DNA of 64,000 nucleotides from Clostridiales bacterium (GTDB lineage Bacteria; Bacillota; Clostridia; Caldicoprobacterales; UBA3941): NCBI GenBank assembly GCA_012735575.1, contig JAAYGY010000050.1, positions 9,020 to 73,019 of the forward strand, read 5' to 3'. Shown piece by piece: positions 55,372 to 64,000 of this stretch (position 1 is its first letter; each line of letters starts with the position of its first letter). The notes under the pieces were generated by a model. It saw only the letters and a program-made list of their open reading frames with translations, ran no database searches and was not told where the DNA came from. The position numbers and the translations under genes were made by a program.

Positions 55372-56298
55372 ATGGACTTTCACCACATTCCTGTGTTATT
55401 CGAGGAAACTATAGAAATGCTAAACTGCAAACCAGGGGATATTGTAGTAGATGGAACCCTTGGTGGAGGTGGGCATGCCCAAGCTATTCTAGAAAGAATT
55501 CTTCCCGGAGGCACCCTTATAGGAATAGACAGGGACCCAGATGCCCTAGAGGCTGCTACTAGGCGTTTACATAAATACCAGGATTCGCTAATAACTGTTC
55601 ATGATAATTTTTCCAATATAGAGAGTATTTTGGACAAGCTGGGTATTGATGCTATTGATGGAATGTTGATGGATCTTGGAGTATCATCATACCAGTTAGA
55701 TGAAGTCAGCAGAGGTTTTTCCTATCAAAGTGATGCGCCTTTGGATATGAGAATGGATCCAACTCAGGATTTTAGCGCACATGACGTAGTTAACAAATAT
55801 GATGAAAGACGGCTGACTAGAATCATATCACAGTATGGCGAAGAAAGATGGGCTGCTAGAATAGCCAAGTTCATAGTAGATAATCGACCCATAAATACCA
55901 CTGAAGAGTTAACGCAAGTTATCAAGGCAGCTATCCCCGCCAGTGCAAGACGTCAAGGACCCCATCCGGCCAAGAGAACCTTTCAGGCCATCAGGATAGA
56001 GGTCAACAAGGAACTTGAAATATTAGAGGCTGCTATAGAAAGCGCGGTTAATAAACTTAAACCCCAAGGAAGGCTATGCATCATTACTTTCCATTCTTTG
56101 GAAGATAGAATTGTAAAGAATACTTTCAGAAAACTGCAAAACCCTTGTACCTGTCCACCAGACTCACCAATATGCATATGCAATAGCCGACCTCTAGTCA
56201 AGATTATTACCAGAAAACCAATTATCCCTTCAGAACGTGAAGTTAGTGAAAACCCACGCTCACGAAGTGCAAAGTTAAGGGCTTGTCAAAAAGTATAA
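55372..56298 (+). CDS. rsmH: 16S rRNA (cytosine1402-N4)-methyltransferase
   Basis: [20 protein letters not shown] and FHSLEDR motifs. Confidence 0.95.
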   Translation: MDFHHIPVLFEETIEMLNCKPGDIVVDGTLGGGGHAQAILERILPGGTLIGIDRDPDALEAATRRLHKYQDSLITVHDNFSNIESILDKLGIDAIDGMLMDLGVSSYQLDEVSRGFSYQSDAPLDMRMDPTQDFSAHDVVNKYDERRLTRIISQYGEERWAARIAKFIVDNRPINTTEELTQVIKAAIPASARRQGPHPAKRTFQAIRIEVNKELEILEAAIESAVNKLKPQGRLCIITFHSLEDRIVKNTFRKLQNPCTCPPDSPICICNSRPLVKIITRKPIIPSEREVSENPRSRSAKLRACQKV

Positions 56299-56343
56299 GT
56301 GTATAAGTGACTTAAACATATTAATCGAGGAGGCTGAATACAA

Positions 56344-56814
56344 TTGTTAGTAGCACAAAGACAAGAGTATCAGGAATTATATTACCCGCCTGTAGTAGAG
56401 CAAGAGGTGTCTAGACCTAAACCTCGCTCTAAAAGTGTACCTCAAACAAAGGCAAAGCCTCGAAAGAAGTTTCTACATCTGGTTATGATAGCTATTGGAT
56501 TTGGAATATGTGCTTTTACTATAGCTAGATATGCTATGATTGCTCAAAATCAGCAAGAAATTTTAGAGCTGGAAAAAGCTTTGGAACAACAACAGAGCAT
56601 CCAAGAATATATGAAATTGGAATTGGCAGCTCGTGGGGATCTTAAGAGAATAGAGGAATATGCTAAGAATGAACTGGAGATGGACTATCCTGAGGATGAA
56701 CAGATTCTATTTGTGGAGCTTCCCGATATAGATTCAGGTCATATGGCAGACACCTCAATACATCCAGAGCAGAAAGAGGATCTGTGGAGTAAGATTTTAA
56801 GCCTTCTGGATTAA
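56344..56814 (+). CDS. ftsL: Cell division protein FtsL-like (single TM + coiled coil)
   Basis: Its position between rsmH and the PBP gene. Basic N-terminus, one TM helix and a coiled-coil ectodomain. TTG start. Confidence 0.7.
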   Translation: MLVAQRQEYQELYYPPVVEQEVSRPKPRSKSVPQTKAKPRKKFLHLVMIAIGFGICAFTIARYAMIAQNQQEILELEKALEQQQSIQEYMKLELAARGDLKRIEEYAKNELEMDYPEDEQILFVELPDIDSGHMADTSIHPEQKEDLWSKILSLLD

Positions 56815-56849
56815 TTAACTGGATTCATGCGGAAAGGTGATAGGTATAT

Positions 56850-59051
56850 ATGTCTGTACCTAGCGTTACCAACAAAAAAAGATTGCTAGTTATGTTAATA
56901 GTTTTTACTTTGGTTTTTACAGGACTAATAGGACGTTTAGGATATATACAGTTGATATGGGGCAAAGAACTTCAACAAAAAGCTGAAGGACAGTGGACAA
57001 GAAATTTAGCTGTCTATCCTAAGAGAGGGATGATCAAAGATCGTAATGGGAATATTTTGGCACAAAGTGGCAGTTCGGAGACTATTGCGGCCAGACCTAG
57101 TCAGATAGAGGATCCCAGAGGGGTTTCCCAACTATTAGCACCTATTTTAGATCTGGATGAGGATGAACTATATAAAAAACTTTCGGACACATCCAGTTCT
57201 TTTGTATGGGTAAAACGACAGGTTTCCAAAGAAGTAGCCAACGAGGTTAGGGAGTTAAGGATAAAGGGCATCGATTTTACAGAAGAACCTAAAAGGTATT
57301 ATCCCAACCGGGATTTGGCTGCTCATGTATTAGGATTTACAATGAAATATGCTGAAGGCGAGGATGGACTTAAGGGCCAGGAAGGTATTGAGCTTTATTA
57401 TGATAAGTATTTAAAAGGTCTTCCGGGAAAAATTGTAATGGAAACCGATGCCAGGGGCAGAGAGATGCCCAATAATGTAGATCGATACATACCCCCCATT
57501 GACGGGTTGAATGTAGTATTAACAATTGATCAAGTGATTCAGCACTTTACCGAAAAAGCTGTAGATGATGCAATGGAGAAATATAATGCTAAAAAGATTT
57601 ATGCTATTGTAATGGACCCAAATACTGGTGAGATATTAGCCATGGCCAATAGGCCCAATTTTGATCCCAATGAACCGCCCAGAGAATTGGGCTATGAAGG
57701 GATGCAGGACTATGTAAAAAACTTTTTAGCAAAGGACAGTATGGATCCAGGATCCACTTTTAAAGTAATTACAGCTGCCGCTGCTCTAGATGCAGGGGTT
57801 ATGACATTAAACAGTACGTTCAATTGTCAGGGATATAGAATAATTGAAGGTAATGAGCGGATTAGATGCCACAAGGCAGGAGGCCATGGACATCAAAACT
57901 TTGCAGAGGCAATGGAACACTCCTGTAATCCAGCTTTTGTAGATATGGCATTAGCTTTAGGCAAGCATGAGTTCTATAATTACATAGAAGCCTTCGGATT
58001 CGGTCAAAAGACAGGTTTAGATATAAACGGGGAAGCCCAGGGAATCCTCATTCCCAGGGAGGCAGTTAAGAATTTGGATTTAGCAAGGATTGGATTTGGG
58101 CAATCCATTTCAGTTACTCCTCTGCAACTCATCACTGCAGTTGCTGCGGCTATAAATGGAGGAAAATATATGAGGCCTTATTTGGCCAAGGCTCTTACTG
58201 AGACCAAGATTAATCCGGAAACTGGTGAGGAGTATGAGGAAATAGTTAAAACAATCGAACCCCAGAAAATACGTCAAGTTATATCAGAAGATACTTCAAA
58301 AAAATTAGCTCAGATACTCCAAGGAGTTGTAGAGAACGGTAGTGGTTCAAATGCTTACATACCTGGGTACAGGGTAGGAGGCAAAACTGGAACTGCTCAG
58401 AAGTATGGAGAAGACGGTAAAATTATTCAAGGAAGGCATATAGCTTCTTTTGTAGGTTTTGCACCTGCTGATGATCCAAAGGTAATAGTATTATTTGCAG
58501 TTGATGAGCCTCAAGTGGCTGTAGACTTCGGTAGTGTTGTAGCTGCGCCCTATGTGCAGATGATATTGAGAGATACCTTACCTTATCTTGGCGTAGAGCC
58601 TATCTTTAATGAAGATACAACAGAACTAAACAAAAAGGTGGAAGTACCGGATGTCATAGGTAAGGAATTGGAAGAGGCTTATGCTATACTAGATGAGGCA
58701 GGACTTAATTATCTATCAGAAAGTACAGGTACAATAATTAAAGATCAGATGCCCAAACCAGGAGCCAGGGTTAAGGTAAACACGACTGTATTATTGTATG
58801 CAGAGGAACGGCCATCTCAAAAGGATTCTGAAGAACAAGAAGGGCAAGAACAAGAGTTAGAGGAAGGGAAAGTTATAGTACCAGATGTTATGAATAGGTC
58901 TATAAGAGAGGCAAACAACATTCTGGTATCTAAAGGATTGAAACTGAAAATAGAAGGATCAGGAATAGCTGTAGAGCAGGATCCGCCCGCTGATAGTGTG
59001 GTTGATTCTGGAACTGAAGTGACAGTTAAGTTTGATATACCCGATCAATAG
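56850..59051 (+). CDS. Class B penicillin-binding protein (FtsI/PBP2B/SpoVD family) with two C-terminal PASTA domains
   Basis: Dimerisation domain, then transpeptidase motifs STFK, SCN and KTGTA. Two PASTA repeats (VEVPDVIGKELEEA..., VIVPDVMNRSIREA...). Confidence 0.9.
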   Translation: MSVPSVTNKKRLLVMLIVFTLVFTGLIGRLGYIQLIWGKELQQKAEGQWTRNLAVYPKRGMIKDRNGNILAQSGSSETIAARPSQIEDPRGVSQLLAPILDLDEDELYKKLSDTSSSFVWVKRQVSKEVANEVRELRIKGIDFTEEPKRYYPNRDLAAHVLGFTMKYAEGEDGLKGQEGIELYYDKYLKGLPGKIVMETDARGREMPNNVDRYIPPIDGLNVVLTIDQVIQHFTEKAVDDAMEKYNAKKIYAIVMDPNTGEILAMANRPNFDPNEPPRELGYEGMQDYVKNFLAKDSMDPGSTFKVITAAAALDAGVMTLNSTFNCQGYRIIEGNERIRCHKAGGHGHQNFAEAMEHSCNPAFVDMALALGKHEFYNYIEAFGFGQKTGLDINGEAQGILIPREAVKNLDLARIGFGQSISVTPLQLITAVAAAINGGKYMRPYLAKALTETKINPETGEEYEEIVKTIEPQKIRQVISEDTSKKLAQILQGVVENGSGSNAYIPGYRVGGKTGTAQKYGEDGKIIQGRHIASFVGFAPADDPKVIVLFAVDEPQVAVDFGSVVAAPYVQMILRDTLPYLGVEPIFNEDTTELNKKVEVPDVIGKELEEAYAILDEAGLNYLSESTGTIIKDQMPKPGARVKVNTTVLLYAEERPSQKDSEEQEGQEQELEEGKVIVPDVMNRSIREANNILVSKGLKLKIEGSGIAVEQDPPADSVVDSGTEVTVKFDIPDQ

Positions 59052-59347
59052 CTTGTATTTTTTTAGTTTTAAGTTTATTATAATAAGGCTATAATAGACA
59101 TTACAAAGAAATTGTGTTAATCTAACTGTTGTGCTAGTTCTTTATAATTATAATGACTATTGCTAGTTCAGTTGAAATGCTTTGGTTTAAAGCAGATTAG
59201 CGTAACCAATTATTTATCAATAGCTCATTATACTTTTTTGATGATAATTAAGAACTAGCAAAATAAACAGGCCAATTTAATAATACGGTGGATAGCAATT
59301 ATAAACCTATTAATTCAACTAATTTGGAAAACAGGACGGTAATATAT

Positions 59348-60799
59348 ATGGAACTAAAAGAGCTAATAAAGGGAATTGAGTATATAAAGATTCAAGGGGT
59401 GCAGGATAGAGAGATTCAGACAATGCACTATGATTCAAGGAAAGTCACCCCTAACTCTTTGTTTTTTTGTATTAAAGGACTTACTGTTGATGGGCATGAC
59501 TATGCTGACCAAGCTGTGGCCAAAGGAGCAAAAGTTTTAGTATTAGAAAGGGATGTAGAGGTAAAAGGCGAGATAACCAAGATTTTTGTTCCTAATACTA
59601 AAACTGCCATGGCATATATGGCTAGAAATTACTATGGCAATCCTACTGAAGGTATTAATTTTATTGGAGTAACTGGGACTAATGGAAAGACCACCGTTAC
59701 TTACTTAGTTAAGTCCATATTAGAAAAAGCAGGACAAAAAGTAGGACTTATTGGGACCATAAGCAATATGATAGGAGATAGAAAGATACCTTCAAAATTT
59801 ACCACACCTGAATCCCTAGAGCTGCAAAAACTACTGAGAGATATGGCAGATGAAGATGTAGACAGTGTGGTTATGGAGGTATCATCGCATTCTTTAGCCC
59901 TGGGAAGGGTGGAAGGCTGTGAATATGATATTGGAGTATTCACCAATCTGTCTCAAGATCATTTAGATTTTCATGCCAATATGGAAGAGTATCGGGATTC
60001 CAAGGCTAAACTATTTACTCAGAGCAAATTAGCAATTATCAATGAAGATGATCAAAATGGCAGATGGATAATGGAAAGAATACCTACACAGGTATGTACC
60101 TATGGAATATACAGAGAGGCAGATATATTTGCTCGAGAACTGGAAATAACCGATAGAGGAGTCGCTTTCAACTTACATACTCCTAAGGGAGACATTCCAA
60201 TTAATTTAGGAATACCAGGTATATTTAGTATATATAATGGCTTAGCTGCAGCTAGTATATGCTATAATATGGGCATTTCCTTGGAAATTATTGCGCAGGG
60301 CCTTCAGGAAGTTAAAGGTGTAAATGGTCGCTTTGAATTGCTGGATACTGGAACAGATTATTCTGTTATATTAGATTATGCACATACTCCTGATGGGTTG
60401 GAGAATATTCTAAAGACTGCAAGGGAATTTGCCAAGGGCAGGGTTATAACCCTTTTTGGATGCGGCGGTGACAGGGATCATGGTAAAAGACCTGTTATGG
60501 GGGAGATTGCCGGGAAATATTCGGATCTGTGCATAATCACTTCCGATAATCCCCGTAGCGAAGAGCCAATGGATATAATAAGAGATATAATACCTGGTGT
60601 AGAGAAAACAGGTTGTCCTTATAATGTGATAGAAAACCGTAGAGAAGCTATTGAACATGCTCTGGCTTTGGCTCAAAAAGATGATGTAGTAATACTGGCT
60701 GGAAAGGGTCATGAGACTTATCAAATATTAAATGATAAGACTATACCCTTTGATGAAAAGGAAATAGTAGCGGAAATACTAGGAAGGGAGTACGTATAG
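59348..60799 (+). CDS. murE: UDP-N-acetylmuramoyl-L-alanyl-D-glutamate--2,6-diaminopimelate ligase
   Basis: GVTGTNGKTT P-loop and a DNPR motif (SDNPRSEEP) typical of meso-DAP-adding MurE. The ATG at 59348 is preferred over the GTG at 59288. Confidence 0.9.
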   Translation: MELKELIKGIEYIKIQGVQDREIQTMHYDSRKVTPNSLFFCIKGLTVDGHDYADQAVAKGAKVLVLERDVEVKGEITKIFVPNTKTAMAYMARNYYGNPTEGINFIGVTGTNGKTTVTYLVKSILEKAGQKVGLIGTISNMIGDRKIPSKFTTPESLELQKLLRDMADEDVDSVVMEVSSHSLALGRVEGCEYDIGVFTNLSQDHLDFHANMEEYRDSKAKLFTQSKLAIINEDDQNGRWIMERIPTQVCTYGIYREADIFARELEITDRGVAFNLHTPKGDIPINLGIPGIFSIYNGLAAASICYNMGISLEIIAQGLQEVKGVNGRFELLDTGTDYSVILDYAHTPDGLENILKTAREFAKGRVITLFGCGGDRDHGKRPVMGEIAGKYSDLCIITSDNPRSEEPMDIIRDIIPGVEKTGCPYNVIENRREAIEHALALAQKDDVVILAGKGHETYQILNDKTIPFDEKEIVAEILGREYV

Positions 60800-62212
60800 G
60801 TGAAGTCCTTTACTATTAGACAAATTATTGAGGCAACTAAAGGGCAATTACTAACCAGCTCTTCTATGGATTTAGATGCTGAAGTCAGCGGAGTTAGCAC
60901 TGATACCAGAACCATCAATAAGGGAGAGCTTTTCATTCCTCTGGTAGGAGAAATATTTGATGGCCATTATTTTTTGGATAAAGCTATAGAAAAAGGGGCA
61001 TCTGCTATATTAATCCATAGAGATGATGCAGATTTTTTGCCGGAGCTTTTCCCCCAAGTAGCTGTTATAAAGGTTGCTGATACCTTAAGGGCTCTTCAGG
61101 ATCTAGCGGCTTTTCAACGTAGCCGATTTAATATACCAGTAGTAGCAGTTACGGGTAGCAACGGAAAGACAACTACCAAGGATATGATTGCACTGGTATT
61201 ATCCGAGAAATATAAGGTTTTAAAAACTCAAGGCAATTTAAATAATGAAATTGGCTTACCGCTTACCCTTCTAGGACTTGAAGATGATCATGAGGTTGCT
61301 GTAGTGGAGATGGGTATGAACCATCTGGGAGAGATCCATAGGCTGGCTGAAATTGCCAAGCCTAATATTGGAATAATAACAAATATAGGAGTATCTCATA
61401 TTCAAAATCTTGGCACTAGAGAGAATATTTTAAAAGCAAAAATGGAAATTTTTGATTTTTTCACATCTGAAGATAATGCCATATTAAATGGTGATGATGA
61501 ATATTTAAGTAAAATAACTGGAGAACTTCCTTTTCAAATAAAGTACTATGGTACTAAGGATATAGCTGGCATTAGAGCTGAAAATATAAGGCTCTTAGGT
61601 GAACAGGGAATTTCCTATGACCTAAAAATTGGTGATAAGATGTATCCTATTGAGATTTCTATACCAGGTAAGCATAATGTATATAATAGCTTGGCAGCAG
61701 CAGCAGTTGGCAATCTTATGGGAATAGGCCTGCCTGATATTGCTAAGAGCTTAAAATCCTATAGATCAGGAGATATGAGGCTTAATATATTTTCTATTGA
61801 TAATAATATTAAAGTTATTGATGATGTATATAATGCTAGCCCTGACTCTATGAAGGCAGCCATAGAGATTCTCAAGGATTTAGGAGAAGGGCGTAAGATA
61901 GCTATTTTGGGAGATATGCTAGAGTTAGGGGATTATTCACAAAAAGCCCATACTGAGGTAGGAGAAACTGTGGCTCATAAAGGGATTGATATTTTAATTA
62001 CTGTGGGTAAGGAAAGTAAGTTTATCGGGGCAGGGGCTAGGAATTGTGCCATGGATAATCAAAGTATCATTCATCTTGAATGTAACAAAGATGTAATAGA
62101 GTATTTGGACACTTTTATTGAGCAAGGTGATAAAATATTAGTAAAAGGTTCACGAGGGATGAAAATGGAAGAAATAGTAGACTACTTAAGAAGTTTGGGC
62201 AAGGGGCAATGA
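60800..62212 (+). CDS. murF: UDP-N-acetylmuramoyl-tripeptide--D-alanyl-D-alanine ligase
   Basis: VTGSNGKTTTKDM P-loop and Mur ligase middle and C-terminal domains. The GTG start abuts the murE stop. Confidence 0.9.
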   Translation: MKSFTIRQIIEATKGQLLTSSSMDLDAEVSGVSTDTRTINKGELFIPLVGEIFDGHYFLDKAIEKGASAILIHRDDADFLPELFPQVAVIKVADTLRALQDLAAFQRSRFNIPVVAVTGSNGKTTTKDMIALVLSEKYKVLKTQGNLNNEIGLPLTLLGLEDDHEVAVVEMGMNHLGEIHRLAEIAKPNIGIITNIGVSHIQNLGTRENILKAKMEIFDFFTSEDNAILNGDDEYLSKITGELPFQIKYYGTKDIAGIRAENIRLLGEQGISYDLKIGDKMYPIEISIPGKHNVYNSLAAAAVGNLMGIGLPDIAKSLKSYRSGDMRLNIFSIDNNIKVIDDVYNASPDSMKAAIEILKDLGEGRKIAILGDMLELGDYSQKAHTEVGETVAHKGIDILITVGKESKFIGAGARNCAMDNQSIIHLECNKDVIEYLDTFIEQGDKILVKGSRGMKMEEIVDYLRSLGKGQ

Positions 62213-62231
62213 AGAGGAGGAAAAGTATCCA

Positions 62232-63221
62232 ATGGATAGAATTATTTATACAGTAATTATATCATTTGTGCTTACATTGGCATTAGGTGTTGCTATTATC
62301 CCGATGCTGAAAAAGTTAAAAATGGGACAGAATATTCGAGATGATGGACCTAAATCTCATTATTCCAAAGCAGGAACTCCTACTATGGGAGGGATTATGT
62401 TTATCATCCCCATTGTGCTAGTTTCTTTAGGCTTATCTACCAGAAGTTATGATTATGTTTTTGCCGCTGTCTTATCTACACTTGGCTTTGGAGCTATTGG
62501 ATTTATAGATGATTTTATAGGTATTTATATGAAGCGATCTCTTGGTTTAAAATCCTATCAGAAAATTTTGGGGCAGATCATAATATCTGTCTTGTTTGCC
62601 TTCTTTGCTTATCGCAATGTTGGAAGCAGTGTTTATATTCCTTTTACCAATATAGAATGGGACTTAGGTTATTTTTATATTCCCATCATGGCTTTTATAA
62701 TGATAGGAACTGTAAATAGCGTTAACCTGACCGATGGATTAGATGGTCTGGCGTCAGGAGTAACTTTAATTGTATCTATGACCATTAGTATTATAGCTGC
62801 TTTTGCTGCCCATGCAGTGGAGCAGGACGGTCTTATATATTTAGCTGATAATTATAAAAATTTAGCTATATTTTCTGCAGCCATGACCGGTGGATGCCTT
62901 GGGTTTTTAAGATTCAACGCTCACCCTGCAAAAGTTTTTATGGGTGATACTGGTTCAATGGCACTGGGAGGCGGCGTGGTAGCGGTGATGGTATTACTGA
63001 AACTGCCTCTGCTTCTACCTATTGTAGGCGGGATTTATATGGCAGAATCCCTATCAGTTATTCTTCAAGTAATATCTTTTAAAAGCAGGGGCAAACGCAT
63101 ATTTAGAATGAGTCCCCTTCATCATCATTTTGAGCTTGGAGGCATGCCTGAGACCAGGGTAGTAGCTATGTTTATGATTGCTACTGCGCTCCTTTGTCTC
63201 ATAGGCTTGTTGGCGGTATAG
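62232..63221 (+). CDS. mraY: Phospho-N-acetylmuramoyl-pentapeptide transferase
   Basis: 10-TM protein with PTMGG, NLTDGLDGL and MGDTGS motifs. Confidence 0.95.
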   Translation: MDRIIYTVIISFVLTLALGVAIIPMLKKLKMGQNIRDDGPKSHYSKAGTPTMGGIMFIIPIVLVSLGLSTRSYDYVFAAVLSTLGFGAIGFIDDFIGIYMKRSLGLKSYQKILGQIIISVLFAFFAYRNVGSSVYIPFTNIEWDLGYFYIPIMAFIMIGTVNSVNLTDGLDGLASGVTLIVSMTISIIAAFAAHAVEQDGLIYLADNYKNLAIFSAAMTGGCLGFLRFNAHPAKVFMGDTGSMALGGGVVAVMVLLKLPLLLPIVGGIYMAESLSVILQVISFKSRGKRIFRMSPLHHHFELGGMPETRVVAMFMIATALLCLIGLLAV

Positions 63222-63236
63222 ACAGGGGGAAAGGCT

Positions 63237-64000
63237 ATGGACTTTAAGGATAAAGTTGTTCTAGTTGTTGGTTTAGCACGTAGTGGTTTATCTGCAGCAA
63301 AGGTATTAACAGGTTTGGGAGCTAAGGTAATAGCCAATGATATAAAGGATAAAGACCAGTTGGGAGAAGTTTACCAAGAGTTGGATTCCATAGGAGTCGA
63401 GTGGGCATTAGGGATCAGACCCGATGAATATTTAAATAGAGTTGATTTGGTAGTAATAAGTCCGGCCATAGCAATAGATTCTCCCTTTGTACAAAAGGCT
63501 ATTAGCATGGGCATAGAAGTTATCAGCGAGGTAGAACTGGCTTATCGTTTGTGTAAGGCACCTATAGTGGCAATAACAGGTACCAATGGAAAGACCACCA
63601 CAACTGCTTTAGTAGGGGAGATATTTAAGGCAGTACCCAAACAAACCTATGTAGTGGGTAATATTGGAATTCCCTTTGTAGGTATTGCAAATCAGGCTCA
63701 AAAGTCCCATATTGTGGTTGTAGAGATTAGCAGCTTTCAACTGGAGGCCATGCCAACATTCCATCCTAGAGTAGCCGCAGTGTTAAATGTTACAGAGGAT
63801 CATCTAAATAGGCATAAGACCATGGAAAATTACATTAATTTAAAGGCCAGTATTTTTAAAAACTCTACCCAATCCGATTGGGCTATATTAAATGCCGATG
63901 ATCCTATAAGTGTCAGTATAGCCCAAAAAACCAAAGCGCAAGTCTTGCTATTTAGCAGGACTAAGAAACTATCAAAGGGTGCATGGGTGGAAGAGGATTG
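63237..64000 (+). CDS. murD: UDP-N-acetylmuramoylalanine--D-glutamate ligase (5' part; runs off the window)
   Basis: Not in the ORF track because it is open-ended. My translation is MDFKDKVVLVVGLARSGLSAAKVL...ITGTNGKTTT. The ATG at 63237 follows GGGGGAAAGG. Confidence 0.85.
   Translation, partial: MDFKDKVVLVVGLARSGLSAAKVLTGLGAKVIANDIKDKDQLGEVYQELDSIGVEWALGIRPDEYLNRVDLVVISPAIAIDSPFVQKAISMGIEVISEVELAYRLCKAPIVAITGTNGKTTTTALVGEIFKAVPKQTYVVGNIGIPFVGIANQAQKSHIVVVEISSFQLEAMPTFHPRVAAVLNVTEDHLNRHKTMENYINLKASIFKNSTQSDWAILNADDPISVSIAQKTKAQVLLFSRTKKLSKGAWVEED

Noticed and set aside
1-64000. Search by eye for CRISPR arrays, tRNA/rRNA genes, IS elements, prophage or known defence-system genes.
   Set aside because: I found no regularly spaced 25-40 bp direct repeats, no tRNA-like GTTCGAAT-type T-arm contexts, and no transposase, integrase, recombinase, nuclease-helicase or methyltransferase clusters. 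The only tandem repeats are short in-frame coding repeats. A tRNAscan, Infernal or defence-finder run would be needed to be certain.

Overview
AT-rich, Clostridia-like (Firmicutes) chromosomal segment, judged by eye from RBS style, gene content and a Gram-positive dcw cluster; no composition statistics were computed. It is densely coding, with about 57 supported CDS. I found no rRNA, tRNA, CRISPR array, transposase, integrase or phage gene. Many true starts look like GTG or TTG, or an internal ATG, rather than the first Met in the ORF track. I adjusted starts where an RBS supports it.

Gene content, left to right:
- 0.2-4.8 kb: ABC-2 transporter plus a membrane protein with 7 PASTA repeats and no catalytic domain.
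- 4.9-7.6 kb: cytoplasmic GH5 hydrolase and a Gfo/Idh/MocA oxidoreductase.
- 7.7-8.9 kb: a lipoprotein serpin.
- 9.1-9.4 kb: an orphan RNA of about 260 nt bounded by a promoter and a terminator.
- 9.6-10.2 kb: a divergent stand-alone S4 gene.
- 10.5-13.1 kb: DUF1858-hemerythrin-hcp nitrosative-stress locus, with two CRP/FNR-type palindromes each at about -41.5.
- 13.2-17.2 kb: MFS transporter, Ldh_2 dehydrogenase and malic enzyme.
- 17.3-25.4 kb: the accessory-looking locus described below.
- 25.5-31.3 kb: housekeeping genes (DEAD-box helicase, radC, msrA, rluA-family synthase, patB-like).
- 31.4-33.7 kb: serA and serC.
- 34.0-38.4 kb: potABCD with an XRE-cupin regulator.
- 38.6-41.9 kb: LacI-controlled sugar oxidoreductase/isomerase operon.
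- 42.2-43.6 kb: lipoprotein L,D-transpeptidase.
- 43.8-46.7 kb: DeoR regulator, SorE-like dehydrogenase and srlD.
- 46.9-52.3 kb: 2-oxo-acid dehydrogenase operon in the order E2-E3-fused E1 alpha/beta.
- 52.3-54.7 kb: PAP2 phosphatase, then adk and a phosphoesterase.
- 54.9-64.0 kb: dcw cluster mraZ-rsmH-ftsL-PBP-murE-murF-mraY-murD, with murD truncated by the window end.

Most interesting region, 17.3-25.4 kb (all on the + strand):
- A clear class-I c-di-GMP riboswitch whose terminator overlaps the aptamer.
- A small TM protein, a HisKA_3 histidine kinase and a LuxR-type response regulator.
- A roughly 0.8-kb ORF-free spacer carrying CTAAAGT repeats.
- A five-gene operon: a secreted acidic protein with a Cna-B-like end, a SipW-type signal peptidase, and three TasA/camelysin-like paralogs. 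The last paralog ends in an off-consensus LPKTRD sorting-signal-like anchor.

I read this as a candidate second-messenger-gated, surface-anchored TasA-type fibre system. That wiring is inference from the sequence and needs experimental and database confirmation.
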